Assembly: GCA_041912575.1 (NCBI GenBank)
Contig: JAYRMT010000001.1
Location: 1 to 60,682, forward strand
Origin: Fluviicoccus sp.
GTDB taxonomy: Bacteria > Pseudomonadota > Gammaproteobacteria > Pseudomonadales > Moraxellaceae
DNA: 60,682 bases
Direction: 5' to 3'
The position numbers and the translations under genes were made by a program. A model generated the notes under the pieces. That model was not told where the DNA came from. It worked only from the letters and a program-made list of their open reading frames with translations, and did no database searches. Numbering within the stretch: position 1 is the first letter of the stretch; every line of letters starts with the position of its first letter. Shown piece by piece: positions 49,342 through 59,256 of this stretch.

Positions 49342-49766
49342 CAGGGCGTCTCGCCGGACATGCGCGTGCCGATGCTGAGATTGACGAAGCCCATCTGACC
49401 GGCAATATCCATTACGGTGACGACGGACTGGTGCGACGCCTTGCCGTCGGCCTCAATCACGAAGGGCATGTCGCGCCGACCGCCGCTCGCTTTTTCGATC
49501 GCGCTTTGCAGCACTTGCGGCTGCCGGGCGGGTACCGTCTGGCCGTTGACCGTGTATTCGCCGCTCTGGCTGACGCCGATTTCAACCGATTGTGCGCGAT
49601 TGGTCTTCGCGGCCTCGCCCTTGGCTTCGGGCAGCACGATCTGCAACTTGCCCGCCTTGTTGAACGTGGTGGTCAGCATCAGGAAAATGATCAGGAACAG
49701 CAGGCAGTCAATCAACGGCGTCAGATTGATTTCGAGGGCGTCCTGTTGCGGGCGACGGAACTTCAT
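49341..49766 (-). CDS. exbD: ExbD/TolR family protein
   Basis: INLTPLIDCLLFLIIF, IEADG...VVTVMD. Confidence 0.88.
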   Translation of the reverse strand: MKFRRPQQDALEINLTPLIDCLLFLIIFLMLTTTFNKAGKLQIVLPEAKGEAAKTNRAQSVEIGVSQSGEYTVNGQTVPARQPQVLQSAIEKASGGRRDMPFVIEADGKASHQSVVTVMDIAGQMGFVNLSIGTRMSGETP

Positions 49767-50395
49767 GACGCTGCCGCCTGGAAATCGACTTCGCGGTCGC
49801 CGTGGACGATATCCACCAGCTTGATCGCCTGCTGCTCCATCTCGATGGACATCCCGGCAATATGGCGGATGAAGAAGCGGTGCATGACCATGGCCGGAAT
49901 CGCAACGAACAGACCGCCGGCCGTGGTCACCAGCGCCTTGGAAATACCGGTCGCCAGCAAGGTGGGATCACTCATGCCGCCGGTGTTGATCGCCATGAAG
50001 GCCTCGATGATGCCGACCACCGTCCCGAGCAGGCCGAGCAGCGGGGAAATGGTGGCAATGGTGCCCAGCAAGGACAGGTAGCGTTCCATTTCATGGATGA
50101 CCAGGGTCGCAGCCTCCTCGATGCTTTCCTTCATCATCTCGCGACCATGGCGCGAGTTCAGCAGCCCGGCAGCCAGGATCTGCCCGAGCGGGGACCCCTC
50201 CTTCAGGCGTCTCAGACGCTCGGCGTCGAGCTGCTTGTTGCGGATCATTGTCCAGACTTCCGCCAGCAGATTGGGCGGACTGACCCGGCTGCTACGCAGG
50301 GCCCAGGCGCGTTCGAAACAGATCGCCAGCGAGGCGATCGAGGCCAGAATGATCGGCGCCATCAGCCAGCCGCCGGCCTTGACTAATTCCCACAC
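49763..50395 (-). CDS. exbB: MotA/TolQ/ExbB proton channel protein
   Basis: SPLLGLLGTVVG, GISKALVTTAGGL. Confidence 0.88.
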   Translation of the reverse strand: MWELVKAGGWLMAPIILASIASLAICFERAWALRSSRVSPPNLLAEVWTMIRNKQLDAERLRRLKEGSPLGQILAAGLLNSRHGREMMKESIEEAATLVIHEMERYLSLLGTIATISPLLGLLGTVVGIIEAFMAINTGGMSDPTLLATGISKALVTTAGGLFVAIPAMVMHRFFIRHIAGMSIEMEQQAIKLVDIVHGDREVDFQAAAS

Positions 50396-50448
50396 GCTTG
50401 ATTCCTCGACACCCCAGGGAAAACGCCGGTTACTTTACCCATTCGGCG

Positions 50449-52713
50449 TCAATTCCGCCAGTAATGACGGATATCGCGCGCGCCCGTTGTCCGGATTTCG
50501 CCGTCCGGGGCGAAGTCATACTGCAGGGTGCCGCGATCCACCGTACTATCGACCGGAATTCCCAGCCGCAGCAAGCGTTGCAGCACCACGGGCGATGGAT
50601 GGCCGAAACGGTTGCGGTAGCCCGCCGAAACAATGGCCCGCTCCGGCCCGACGCCGCGCAGGAAGGCTTCGCTTGAGGACGTCTTGCTGCCGTGATGCCC
50701 GAGGATCAGCACCCTGGCCTTCAAGTCCGCACCGGAGTCCAGCAACGCCTGCTCCGCCGGCTGTTCAATATCCCCCGTCAACAACGCGCTCCATCCCGGG
50801 CCGCGCACCCTGAGCACACAGGAACGGTTGTTTTCATCCAGCCCGTCCACAGTGTCCCCGGGGGAAAGATAGGTAAAATCAACCCTGTCCCATTGCCAGT
50901 GGTCGCCTGCCCGGCAGAAGCCGGCCGACGAATCCGCCGGATAGGCGTACAGCATCGGCCAGGCGCTGTATTCCCCGCGCGCCACCGGCAGGCTGTTGAT
51001 CACCGCTTGCGCGCCGCCGCTGTGATCGCTGTCATTGTGACTGATCACCAGACGGTCCAGACGATCGTGTCCGGCCTGCCGCAGCCAGGGGACAATCGTC
51101 CGTGCGCCGGTGTAATCCGTCGGCCCCGTATCGAAGAGCAGTACATGATGGCGAGTTTCCAGCACGACCGCCAATCCTTGCCCGACATCCAGCACTGCCA
51201 TGCGCATGCCGCCTGTTGCAGGTGCTTGTGCGGGAGACAGCAAAGGCAAGAGCCAGAGCAATGCCACCCAGCGGGGGACAAGGACCGGCGGGGCCACGGC
51301 CGAGAGCGCGGCAAGGGCCAGCAAGGCGATTCCCCGGGGCCCCGGCGCGACATGGAGCATGACGCCCTGCCAGGCGGTCAACCGGTCCAGCAGATTGACC
51401 AGCATGTCCACCATGGAACCGGCCCAGAACCAGCAGGCCATGCCCGCCGTTTCGCTCAGATTCCCCAGCGCCAGTCCCGCCAGATCCAGCGGAACAACCG
51501 CGAAACTGATGACCGGGATCGCCAGCGCGTTGGTCAGCGGCGTCATCAGGCTCAGCTGCCCGAAGCTCCAGAGCGTCAGCGGGGTCAAGGTCAGGAACAG
51601 ATAGAACTGCGCATGCAGGAAAGCGCGCCAGGGCTCCCGCAATTGCTCACGTGCGGCGTGCAACGTCAGCAGCCCCACGGCGACGAACGACAACCAGAAA
51701 GCGGTTTCGTGCACCGCAAGCGGATCGACCAGCAGCACCAGCCCGGCGGATCGGACCAACAAGTCCCAGGGCGTCGCTTGGCGCTTCAGCATCGTGGTCA
51801 GGGCGCACAAACCCACCATGGCCAGCGTGCGCACGGTCGGCAGGGACAGGCCGGAAAGCAGTCCGTAAGCGGTGGCCGCAATCAGCACAATGCCCCAGCG
51901 CAGTCTCGGCCAGGGGGCCGTGCGGAAAACCCCGGGACGTCGACGCAGCAACCTTTCCGCCAGCAATGACAGCATCATCGCGAACAGCAGCACGTGCACG
52001 CCCGAGATGGCCATCAGGTGGCTGATACCGGCGCGGACAAATATATCGCGGTCCTGCGGCGAGACTGCATCGCGGTCACCCGTCAGCAAGGCCAGCGCGA
52101 TGCCCGCACGAGGATTGTCGGCGATCAGCGGCGCAAAGCGATGCCGGATCTGTAACCGCCAGCTGTCCGCCGACCAGCCTCCGTTCTCGACGAGATGCGC
52201 CTCGCGCACCATGCCGATGGCGGTGACGCCCTCGCCCGCCAGCCACTCCTCACCGTCAAAAGCGCCGTCGGAGACGGTCCCGCGCGGCTGCTTCAGGCGC
52301 AGCCGGAAGGACCAGCGATCCCCGGGCCAGTATTCCTGACAGGGCGCGTTCAGGTCCCAGCGTTGCCGCGACGGCGACAGTCCCAACGTTGCGAGCGTAT
52401 CCTCGGGGCGTACCCGCAACCGGCAGCGGCCATGCCCGGCAGCTTCCGGCAGTCCCTCGACCCGGGCTGTCACTTCATAATGACGTCCTTCCAGCCGTTC
52501 CGGCACGCGGGCGTCCAGCCACAAGCCCGCGCGCCAGACGGCCCAGAAGCAACCGGCGAAGAAAAACACCGGCACTCGCCATGCGGGCCAGCGCCAGGAC
52601 AACATCGCACTACAGGCCAGTGCCGCCAGCGGCCAGGAGACCGGCGGCAATTCGGGCAGGAACAGCAGCAGGCAAATACCCGCAATGAGGGCAAGCCAGG
52701 AGAGGGAGCGCAT
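50449..52713 (-). CDS. comEC: DNA uptake competence channel ComEC/Rec2
   Basis: HLMAISGVH, DVGQG, SHNDSDHSGG, LTGDIE, HHGSKTSS, NRFGHP; start uncertain. Confidence 0.93.
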   Translation of the reverse strand: MRSLSWLALIAGICLLLFLPELPPVSWPLAALACSAMLSWRWPAWRVPVFFFAGCFWAVWRAGLWLDARVPERLEGRHYEVTARVEGLPEAAGHGRCRLRVRPEDTLATLGLSPSRQRWDLNAPCQEYWPGDRWSFRLRLKQPRGTVSDGAFDGEEWLAGEGVTAIGMVREAHLVENGGWSADSWRLQIRHRFAPLIADNPRAGIALALLTGDRDAVSPQDRDIFVRAGISHLMAISGVHVLLFAMMLSLLAERLLRRRPGVFRTAPWPRLRWGIVLIAATAYGLLSGLSLPTVRTLAMVGLCALTTMLKRQATPWDLLVRSAGLVLLVDPLAVHETAFWLSFVAVGLLTLHAAREQLREPWRAFLHAQFYLFLTLTPLTLWSFGQLSLMTPLTNALAIPVISFAVVPLDLAGLALGNLSETAGMACWFWAGSMVDMLVNLLDRLTAWQGVMLHVAPGPRGIALLALAALSAVAPPVLVPRWVALLWLLPLLSPAQAPATGGMRMAVLDVGQGLAVVLETRHHVLLFDTGPTDYTGARTIVPWLRQAGHDRLDRLVISHNDSDHSGGAQAVINSLPVARGEYSAWPMLYAYPADSSAGFCRAGDHWQWDRVDFTYLSPGDTVDGLDENNRSCVLRVRGPGWSALLTGDIEQPAEQALLDSGADLKARVLILGHHGSKTSSSEAFLRGVGPERAIVSAGYRNRFGHPSPVVLQRLLRLGIPVDSTVDRGTLQYDFAPDGEIRTTGARDIRHYWRN

Positions 52714-52846
52714 GACAGACATCCGTGTCGGCAACCGCGAGGGCGGCGAAGACTACCGAAGTCAGCGGACCTCGCCAAGCGCCGGGTTGCCATACCCACA
52801 TAAATACTGAACAATTGAAGGCTGTCCCGCTTTTTCCCAGTCCGGC

Positions 52847-53431
52847 ATGCCGAAACACCTGATAAGAAAATACCTGCCCGACCCGGAGAAAATCGCATCC
52901 CTTCCGGGGCTGGGGCCGTTGCGACACCGTCTGGAGGACCCCAACCTCTGGCACCTGAACCGCCGCTCCGCGAGCGGCGCCGTGTTCTGGGGCCTCTGGT
53001 TCGCCTTCCTGCCGATGCCGTTCCATACCGTGCCGGCCGTGATCGTGGCGATCATGTTGCGCCTGAACCTCCCGCTCTGCGTTCTCATGGTCTGGTTCAA
53101 CAACCCGTTCACGCTGCTGCCGATCCTCTGGCTGTCCTATCACCTGGGCGCACTGCTGGTGCCGCAGTGGGCGATGCACCCGCCGCCGCATCTGGTGGAT
53201 TTCGCCCGTCTGGTCGAATCCTGGTTCCATCATGGCCCTCCGGACAAGCATCCCATCCGGCTCGCGCGCCTGCTGGAGCCGGTGCTGCTCGGCATGATGG
53301 TGAACGGCTTCATCTTCGGCGCTGTCGGAGCCATGTCGTTGAATCTGCTCTGGCGCCAGCATGTCCGGCGCGCGTGGACACGACGCCGCAAGGCCCGTAA
53401 ACCCCGGGACGCCGCCACGGACGTCCGATGA
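52847..53431 (+). CDS. DUF2062 membrane protein
   Basis: LWHLNRRS..GA..WGL, LRLNLP...VWFNNPFT; divergent from comEC. Confidence 0.85.
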   Translation: MPKHLIRKYLPDPEKIASLPGLGPLRHRLEDPNLWHLNRRSASGAVFWGLWFAFLPMPFHTVPAVIVAIMLRLNLPLCVLMVWFNNPFTLLPILWLSYHLGALLVPQWAMHPPPHLVDFARLVESWFHHGPPDKHPIRLARLLEPVLLGMMVNGFIFGAVGAMSLNLLWRQHVRRAWTRRRKARKPRDAATDVR

Positions 53432-54252
53432 CTCCGTCCGATCTTCTTTTTGCGACCATGACCCATCCCGCTCTCTCCGAACTGCAACGCCTTGCCGCCT
53501 CCGAAGAACTGCTCATCCTCTGGGCCGGCGAGTGCGGAGCCCGCGCGCGAGGCTATCCGTCCTCCGACAGCCCGGACAAGGTGCGCTTTATCTATGCACA
53601 AGCGCCCGCGCGTTACCTTCGGGTGTTCGAAGGGCGTGAAACCGTGGGGGCGGACGCAGCGTCCGGTATCGACCTGCTCGGGTGGGATGTGCGCAAGGTG
53701 ATCGCGCAACTGCGCAAGGGGCATCACGAGCTGCGGGAATGGCTCTCCACGGACAGCGTGCTCCTGATGCATGAACAGGCGGCGCCCATGCTGCTGTCGC
53801 TGGCCGACCGCGCCTTCCTGCCGCGTCCGCTCGGCCACCACTATCTGTCTTGCGCGCGCCAGGACGTCCGGCGCCAGGTGTTCGGCGGCGACATCCGCCT
53901 GCGCACCCTGCTGGAAACGGTGCGAGGCCTGTTGGCCACGCAGTGGATGATCGAACGCGGCGGACCGCCGCCGCTGTCCCTGCGCCCCCTGCTGGCCGCC
54001 TGCCTGCCCGACGGGCATGTCCGCGACATCGTGGATGACCTGGTCGCCCTCAAGGCCGAATCCCCGGACAACGAGATCATCCCGCCGCAGGAGGACCTCC
54101 ACGAGTACCTGCTGCATCTCTTCGGTGCGCTGGAACAACGTCTGCCCGCGCCCGCCGCGCCGTTGCCCCCGGAAGACTGCGACCGCGCCTTTCATGACAT
54201 CCTCGCGGCGGTGTGGCCCGGCCTGCACCTGCCCGATACCCTCCCGGCCTGA
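53428..54252 (+). CDS. YcgL/RlaP-type Pol-beta nucleotidyltransferase homolog with a degenerate active site
   Basis: ECGARARGYPSSDSPDKVRFIY, IDLLGWDVRK, EWLS, HHYLS.AR. Confidence 0.75.
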   Translation: MTPSDLLFATMTHPALSELQRLAASEELLILWAGECGARARGYPSSDSPDKVRFIYAQAPARYLRVFEGRETVGADAASGIDLLGWDVRKVIAQLRKGHHELREWLSTDSVLLMHEQAAPMLLSLADRAFLPRPLGHHYLSCARQDVRRQVFGGDIRLRTLLETVRGLLATQWMIERGGPPPLSLRPLLAACLPDGHVRDIVDDLVALKAESPDNEIIPPQEDLHEYLLHLFGALEQRLPAPAAPLPPEDCDRAFHDILAAVWPGLHLPDTLPA

Positions 54253-54267
54253 CCCAAGGAACCATTC

Positions 54268-55455
54268 ATGTCCCGCAATCCCGATATGCCGCTGCCCTGG
54301 CTGGGCGGACTGACCGCCGCCGAATTCCTGCGCGATTACTGGCAGAAAAAACCGTTGCTGGTGCGCAACGCCCTGCCCGACCTGCCCGCGCTGGTCGACC
54401 GCGATGACCTGTTCGAACTGGCCCAGGAGGACGGCATCGAAGCGCGCCTGATCCTGGAAAAGGACGGCAAGTCGCCCTGGGAGCTGCGCAAGGGACCGTT
54501 CAAGGCGAAAGCACTGAAAACCTTGCCGAAGACACACTGGACCCTGCTGGTGCAAGCCGTCGACCATTACTTGCCCGAACTGGCCGCATTCTGGGAGCGC
54601 TTCGATTTCATCCCGTGTTGGCGCACCGACGACATCATGATTTCCTGCGCGCCCGAAGGCGGATCGGTCGGACCGCACTACGACATGTACGATGTCTTTC
54701 TCGTCCAAGGTCAGGGAACCCGCCGCTGGCAGCTGGGCGAGGTCTGCAACGCGGACTCGCCAAGACTGTCCGGCACGCCGCTGCGCATCCTTGCCGATAT
54801 GCCGGTTACCTTTGACGAAGTCGTCGGTCCCGGCGACCTCCTCTATGTGCCGCCGGGGCTGGCGCATTTCGGCGTCGCGCGAGAGGACTGCCTGACCTTT
54901 TCCTTCGGCTTCCGAGCACCGGTGCTGAGCCACGTTCTGGAACGACTTGTGGATGACGCGCTGGAGGCGGTCGGCACGGACCGCCTGTATGCCGACCCGG
55001 AGCTTGTCACGCAGGCGCACAGCGGCTGGATCAACCCCGCGCACATGAGCGAACTGCGCCGTCAGGTGCTCTCGCTACTGGATCGGCCAGGCGCGCTGGA
55101 CCGCTTGCTCGCCCCTTATCTCAGCGAGCCGAAATACGACGACTACGAACCGGTTGGCGAGGAACTGTCGGAAGATGAACTGATGGAAGCCTTGGCCGAC
55201 GGCGCCTCGCTCTGCCGGGACCCGGCGTCGCGCATGCTCTATACCGGTCGCCCGGGTTTCGCGGACGCCCTGGCGATCAACGGCGAATGGATTTCGCCGC
55301 TGCCGGACGGCGCGTTCGTCGCCCTGCTGGTCGATGAACGGCAACCGGCGCCGGAACGCTTGCAGCCCTGGCTGGAGTCGCCGGATAATCGGGCGTGGCT
55401 CCTGGAACAGATCGCGGCCGGTTACTGGCTGCTGCTGGGGAATGACGATGAATGA
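54268..55455 (+). CDS. roxA: JmjC/cupin ribosomal protein uL16 hydroxylase
   Basis: FLRDYWQKKPLL, WTLLVQAVD, WRTDDIMIS...GGSVGPHYDMYDVFL, LYVPPGLAH. Confidence 0.88.
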   Translation: MSRNPDMPLPWLGGLTAAEFLRDYWQKKPLLVRNALPDLPALVDRDDLFELAQEDGIEARLILEKDGKSPWELRKGPFKAKALKTLPKTHWTLLVQAVDHYLPELAAFWERFDFIPCWRTDDIMISCAPEGGSVGPHYDMYDVFLVQGQGTRRWQLGEVCNADSPRLSGTPLRILADMPVTFDEVVGPGDLLYVPPGLAHFGVAREDCLTFSFGFRAPVLSHVLERLVDDALEAVGTDRLYADPELVTQAHSGWINPAHMSELRRQVLSLLDRPGALDRLLAPYLSEPKYDDYEPVGEELSEDELMEALADGASLCRDPASRMLYTGRPGFADALAINGEWISPLPDGAFVALLVDERQPAPERLQPWLESPDNRAWLLEQIAAGYWLLLGNDDE

Positions 55456-56215
55456 CAACAACAAGACACCCGCGCCCGGCGCTTCCCTCTTCGCGGGCGT
55501 GAACGAGCGGCTGGCCGGACAAGCCTCCGGAGAGGCGGTCAAGGCACCGGCGCCGGTGCCCCCGGAGGCGCCCGCTGCCTCTGCCGGGGCGGAGGACCTT
55601 TCCGCCCCGATCCCGTTCAGTACCGAGGGACTGCCCGGCAACCTCAGCGTTGTCGCCACGCCGGAACGGCCGAATGACGTTCCGGAGCGCGTTGCACCGG
55701 AAACACCGGATATCGAAGCCTTCACCCTGGGAGAATCCGAGGCCATCCAGCAACTGGCCGGCCTGGAAACCCTGCGGCAAGCCGCACTGGGCATCCTGGC
55801 GCAAGCCCAGCGCGAAGTGCTGATCACCAGCATCGACCTCGAAATGCCACGCTACGACAATGACGCCTTCATCGACCAGCTTTCCCTGTTCGCCCGTTCG
55901 AGCCGTCATACCGTGACGCGCATCCTGATCGGCACGCCGCAGCTGGCGGTTCGCGAAAGCCACCGCCTGGTCGGTCTTGCACGCCGCCTGTCGAGCCTGA
56001 TCGAAGTGCGCCAGATCCACGAAAACGATCTGGACGAACTGGAGTCCTGGATCATCGCTGACAGCGTCGGCGTCCTGCGCTGCACCAGTCGCCAACCGTG
56101 GCTGGGCGTGCTCAATCCCAAGGCGATTCCGCACGGCCAGCATTACCGGGAGCAGTTTTACGAGTGGTGGATGCGTGCGGGAGAAGTACCGGATTTCCGC
56201 GAAATCCGCATCTGA
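55448..56215 (+). CDS. Conserved hypothetical protein with a Pro/Ala-rich N-terminus
   Basis: Overlaps the roxA stop; QAQREVLITSIDLE..YD...HRLVGLARRLSS C-terminal domain. Confidence 0.7.
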   Translation: MNDNNKTPAPGASLFAGVNERLAGQASGEAVKAPAPVPPEAPAASAGAEDLSAPIPFSTEGLPGNLSVVATPERPNDVPERVAPETPDIEAFTLGESEAIQQLAGLETLRQAALGILAQAQREVLITSIDLEMPRYDNDAFIDQLSLFARSSRHTVTRILIGTPQLAVRESHRLVGLARRLSSLIEVRQIHENDLDELESWIIADSVGVLRCTSRQPWLGVLNPKAIPHGQHYREQFYEWWMRAGEVPDFREIRI

Positions 56216-56237
56216 GCGGGATGGCCGCCCGTCATGA

Positions 56238-56263
56238 AAAACGGCGACTCAGGTCGCCGTTTT
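56238..56263. terminator. Bidirectional terminator overlapping the alkR stop
   Basis: AAAACGGCGAC-TCAG-GTCGCCGTTTT. Confidence 0.75.
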
Positions 56264-57169
56264 CTGTTTGCGGTACTGGCTCGGCGACATGCCGAACTGC
56301 CGCCGGAACGCCTGGCTGAAGGCCGTCTCCGAGTTATAGCCCACCCGCTCGCTGATGCGGTTGATGCTGAGATCCTGCTGCCCCAGGTGCCAGGCGGCAA
56401 TGCGCAAGCGGTGTTCTGTCAGGTAACTGAGCGGCGGCATGCCGATGATGTCCGAAAAGCGCTCGTGGAAGGCCGAGCGGGACAAGCAGGCCAGGCCGGC
56501 CAGCTCCGCCACCGTCCACGGCCGCGCGGGATCGGCATGGATGGCGCTGAGCGCGGGCGAGAGGTAGGGATCGCGAACGGCGCTTAGCCAGTTGTCCCCT
56601 TCCGTCGGCAACTGTTCTACATAATCCCGCACGCATTCAATCAGGAACATCCCGATCAGCCGGTTCAAGAGCGTATCGCGTCCCGGTCGGTATCGCTCGG
56701 CCTCAAGGGCAAGGAAATTCAGGCCGATCTTCAGCCATTCCGGGCCGCTGCCGTCCAGTCCCTGACGGATCACCATGCACGGCGGCAGCGAGGACAGCAG
56801 CGGACGCGCCACGTCGGAATCCAGCAGGCAACGCACGCTCAGGATCAGGTTGCGCGGCTGGCCGTCTCCGACCGTGACCGGATCGTTGCGGTGACCCTTG
56901 AAGTCCCCTGTCAGCCAGTGCGGCTCCCCCTCCGGTGTGTCCGGATGACTGACATGATGTTCCATGCCCGAGGGCATGAACGCGATATCGCCGGTTTCCA
57001 GGCGGTGCTCGCCGTGCCCGGGCAGCCGGATGCGGACCGGGCCATTGAGTACGATATGGAAGGCCGGACTGCCCTGGAGCGCGCAGCGCCACCCGCCGAG
57101 CCCGTTGAGGTAAAGGTACTCGGCGCCGCTGAGGTGGATGTCGTCAAGGATGTGGCTCAGGGCGTCCAT
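56249..57169 (-). CDS. alkR: AraC family regulator with cupin sensor, AlkR-like
   Basis: MDALSHILDDIHL, WTVAELA...LSRSAF, GYNSETAFSQAFRR; divergent from the alkane monooxygenase. Confidence 0.8.
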   Translation of the reverse strand: MDALSHILDDIHLSGAEYLYLNGLGGWRCALQGSPAFHIVLNGPVRIRLPGHGEHRLETGDIAFMPSGMEHHVSHPDTPEGEPHWLTGDFKGHRNDPVTVGDGQPRNLILSVRCLLDSDVARPLLSSLPPCMVIRQGLDGSGPEWLKIGLNFLALEAERYRPGRDTLLNRLIGMFLIECVRDYVEQLPTEGDNWLSAVRDPYLSPALSAIHADPARPWTVAELAGLACLSRSAFHERFSDIIGMPPLSYLTEHRLRIAAWHLGQQDLSINRISERVGYNSETAFSQAFRRQFGMSPSQYRKQKTAT

Positions 57170-57385
57170 TGGGGGTGGGATCTTGTCATGTTGTCAGGCC
57201 GTCAGACCCGGAATCCTGCCAGCAATATCCGGATGGCGCAATTCCGGCTCGCTGATTCACCCCAAACCGTGACATTGTTCAATGGCGGATTTACACGAAG
57301 GTTTCGCGGATTCCCGCAACTGGTCCAAGGTCTTTACCGGGCGCAATATGCTCATACGGTAAATGAACACGACACAGGTAATCCC

Positions 57386-58642
57386 ATGAACGCGAAGACC
57401 CCGGACGAACTCCTCCAGCAGGCCAGCCGCCAAGACGGCAAGTCGAAGTGGAAAGACCCGAAGCGTTACAAGTGGCTGCTCAGCCCCGCCCTGCCGGTGG
57501 TGGGCATCGCCGCCATGGCCGCATACGCCATTGCGCCCAAGAAGCTGCGCGCCCTGGCCTGGACAGGTCCGGCGCTGGTGCACGGCGTCATTCCCGCCCT
57601 GGACCGCTGGATCGGCGAAGACGAGAGCAATCCGCCGGATGAGGCGATCCGGGAAATGGAAAAGGACCCCTACTACAACCTGATCACCAAGGCCTTCATT
57701 CCGTCGCAGTACATCATGACGATGTTCGGCTGCTACCTGGCCACCCGCAAGAACGTCCCGATGATGGACCGTATCGGCCTCACCATGTCGGTGGGCGCCC
57801 TGAACGGCATCGCCATCGTCACCGGGCACGAACTGGGACACAAACATGAGCGCCACAACCGTGTCGGCGCGATGCTGGCCCTGGCTCCGACCTTCTACAC
57901 CCACTTCGCCGTGGAACACAATTTCGGCCACCACAAGCGCGTGTCCACCCCGGAAGATCCCGCCTCCAGCCGCATGGGCGAAAGCTTCTGGAAGTTCCTG
58001 CCGCGCACCGTGATCGGCGGTTTCAAGTCGGCCGTGGAAATCGAGAAGGCGCGCCTGGAACGCAAGAGCAAGAGCTTCTGGAGCCTGGAAAACGAACTGC
58101 TGCAAGGCTGGGCGATCACTGCCGGCTTCGTGGCCGCCAATGTCGTCGTGAGCGGCCCGCGCGCCATCCCCTTCCTGGTCGCCCAGGGCGCGTACGGCGC
58201 CAGCCTGCTGGAAGTGGTGAATTACATCGAGCACTACGGCCTGTTGCGCCGCAAGGACGAGAACGGCAAGTACGAGCGGACGATGCCGGAGCACAGCTGG
58301 AACAGCAACTACGTGGTGACCAACCTGGTGCTCTACCAACTGCAGCGTCACAGCGACCATCATGCGTTCCCGACCCGCAGCTTCCAGTCGCTGCGTCACT
58401 TTGAAGGCACGCCGCAGCTGCCGGGCGGCTACGCCTCGATGCTGCTGCCCGCCTACATTCCGTCCTGGTGGTTCTCGCTGATGGATCCGAAAGTGGTTGA
58501 GCATTACAAGGGCGACCTGAGCCGCATCAACTTCGATCCGGAACGCCGTGACGAACTGGTCGCCAAGTACAGCAAACTGGCGATCAGCGAGCAGGCTGCC
58601 GCGGAGCTCACTGCCAATGCCGAGGAGAAGGCTGCCGCCTGA
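57386..58642 (+). CDS. alkB: Alkane 1-monooxygenase (AlkB/AlkM)
   Basis: His boxes HELGH, EHNFGHH, NYIEHYG, LQRHSDHHA. Confidence 0.95.
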   Translation: MNAKTPDELLQQASRQDGKSKWKDPKRYKWLLSPALPVVGIAAMAAYAIAPKKLRALAWTGPALVHGVIPALDRWIGEDESNPPDEAIREMEKDPYYNLITKAFIPSQYIMTMFGCYLATRKNVPMMDRIGLTMSVGALNGIAIVTGHELGHKHERHNRVGAMLALAPTFYTHFAVEHNFGHHKRVSTPEDPASSRMGESFWKFLPRTVIGGFKSAVEIEKARLERKSKSFWSLENELLQGWAITAGFVAANVVVSGPRAIPFLVAQGAYGASLLEVVNYIEHYGLLRRKDENGKYERTMPEHSWNSNYVVTNLVLYQLQRHSDHHAFPTRSFQSLRHFEGTPQLPGGYASMLLPAYIPSWWFSLMDPKVVEHYKGDLSRINFDPERRDELVAKYSKLAISEQAAAELTANAEEKAAA

Positions 58643-58661
58643 CCCGGTCGCCCCCTACAGG

Positions 58662-58690
58662 AAGCCCCGCCAGCCCGGCGGGGCTTTTTT
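58662..58690 (+). terminator. Rho-independent terminator of alkB
   Basis: AAGCCCCGCC-AGCCC-GGCGGGGCTT-TTTT. Confidence 0.88.
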
Positions 58691-58743
58691 GCTTTCGGGC
58701 GGACGGTGTGCTATCACGTTTTCTTTGATCCCCGACGAATGCC

Positions 58744-59232
58744 ATGGCCGTCATCGAAAGCAAGCAGCATATCTACGCCCCTGTCGCCGATATCCACCGG
58801 GTCGCCCTGGACCTTGCCAGACACGCCGCCTGGGACCCGCTCGCGGCGGAAATTCACCCCTGCTCCCCCGATGTTGTTCCAAGTGCCGGGCAATCCTGCG
58901 ATGTCCTCCTCCGCAACGGCTGGCGTTTCCGTTTCGAGTTCGTTCAGATCACGGAAAAGTCCACCGCCATCAAGTTGACGGCCGGCCCCGCGTTTTTCTC
59001 CCGGCTGGCCGCGAGCTGGTTGTTCGAACCGCGGGCCGGCTATGCCTTTGCGCGTTGCAAGCTGGTTTTCTCACTGAAATTCTGGGCCTTGCCCTGGCTC
59101 GTCGAACCGCTGGCGGGCTGGTGGCTGAAAAAACGCCTCGATGCGCAGATGACAGCCCTCAAGCAGGTATGCGAAACCGGCCGCGCGGCGCCGGTCGGCA
59201 TTTTCAATCCGCCCGGTTGCGGCGGCCATTAA
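58744..59232 (+). CDS. SRPBCC/polyketide cyclase-like protein
   Basis: I.APV......D......WDP, AGPAFF..LAASW.F, C-terminal helix ..LK..CE. Confidence 0.75.
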   Translation: MAVIESKQHIYAPVADIHRVALDLARHAAWDPLAAEIHPCSPDVVPSAGQSCDVLLRNGWRFRFEFVQITEKSTAIKLTAGPAFFSRLAASWLFEPRAGYAFARCKLVFSLKFWALPWLVEPLAGWWLKKRLDAQMTALKQVCETGRAAPVGIFNPPGCGGH

Positions 59233-59256
59233 CCGAATCGCGAAAGGAGTCGGATC

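Noticed and set aside
44089-53431. comEC-exbBD-msbA-lpxK-ycaR-kdsB-PTP-murB as a novel system
   Set aside because: Well-known conserved gammaproteobacterial gene order
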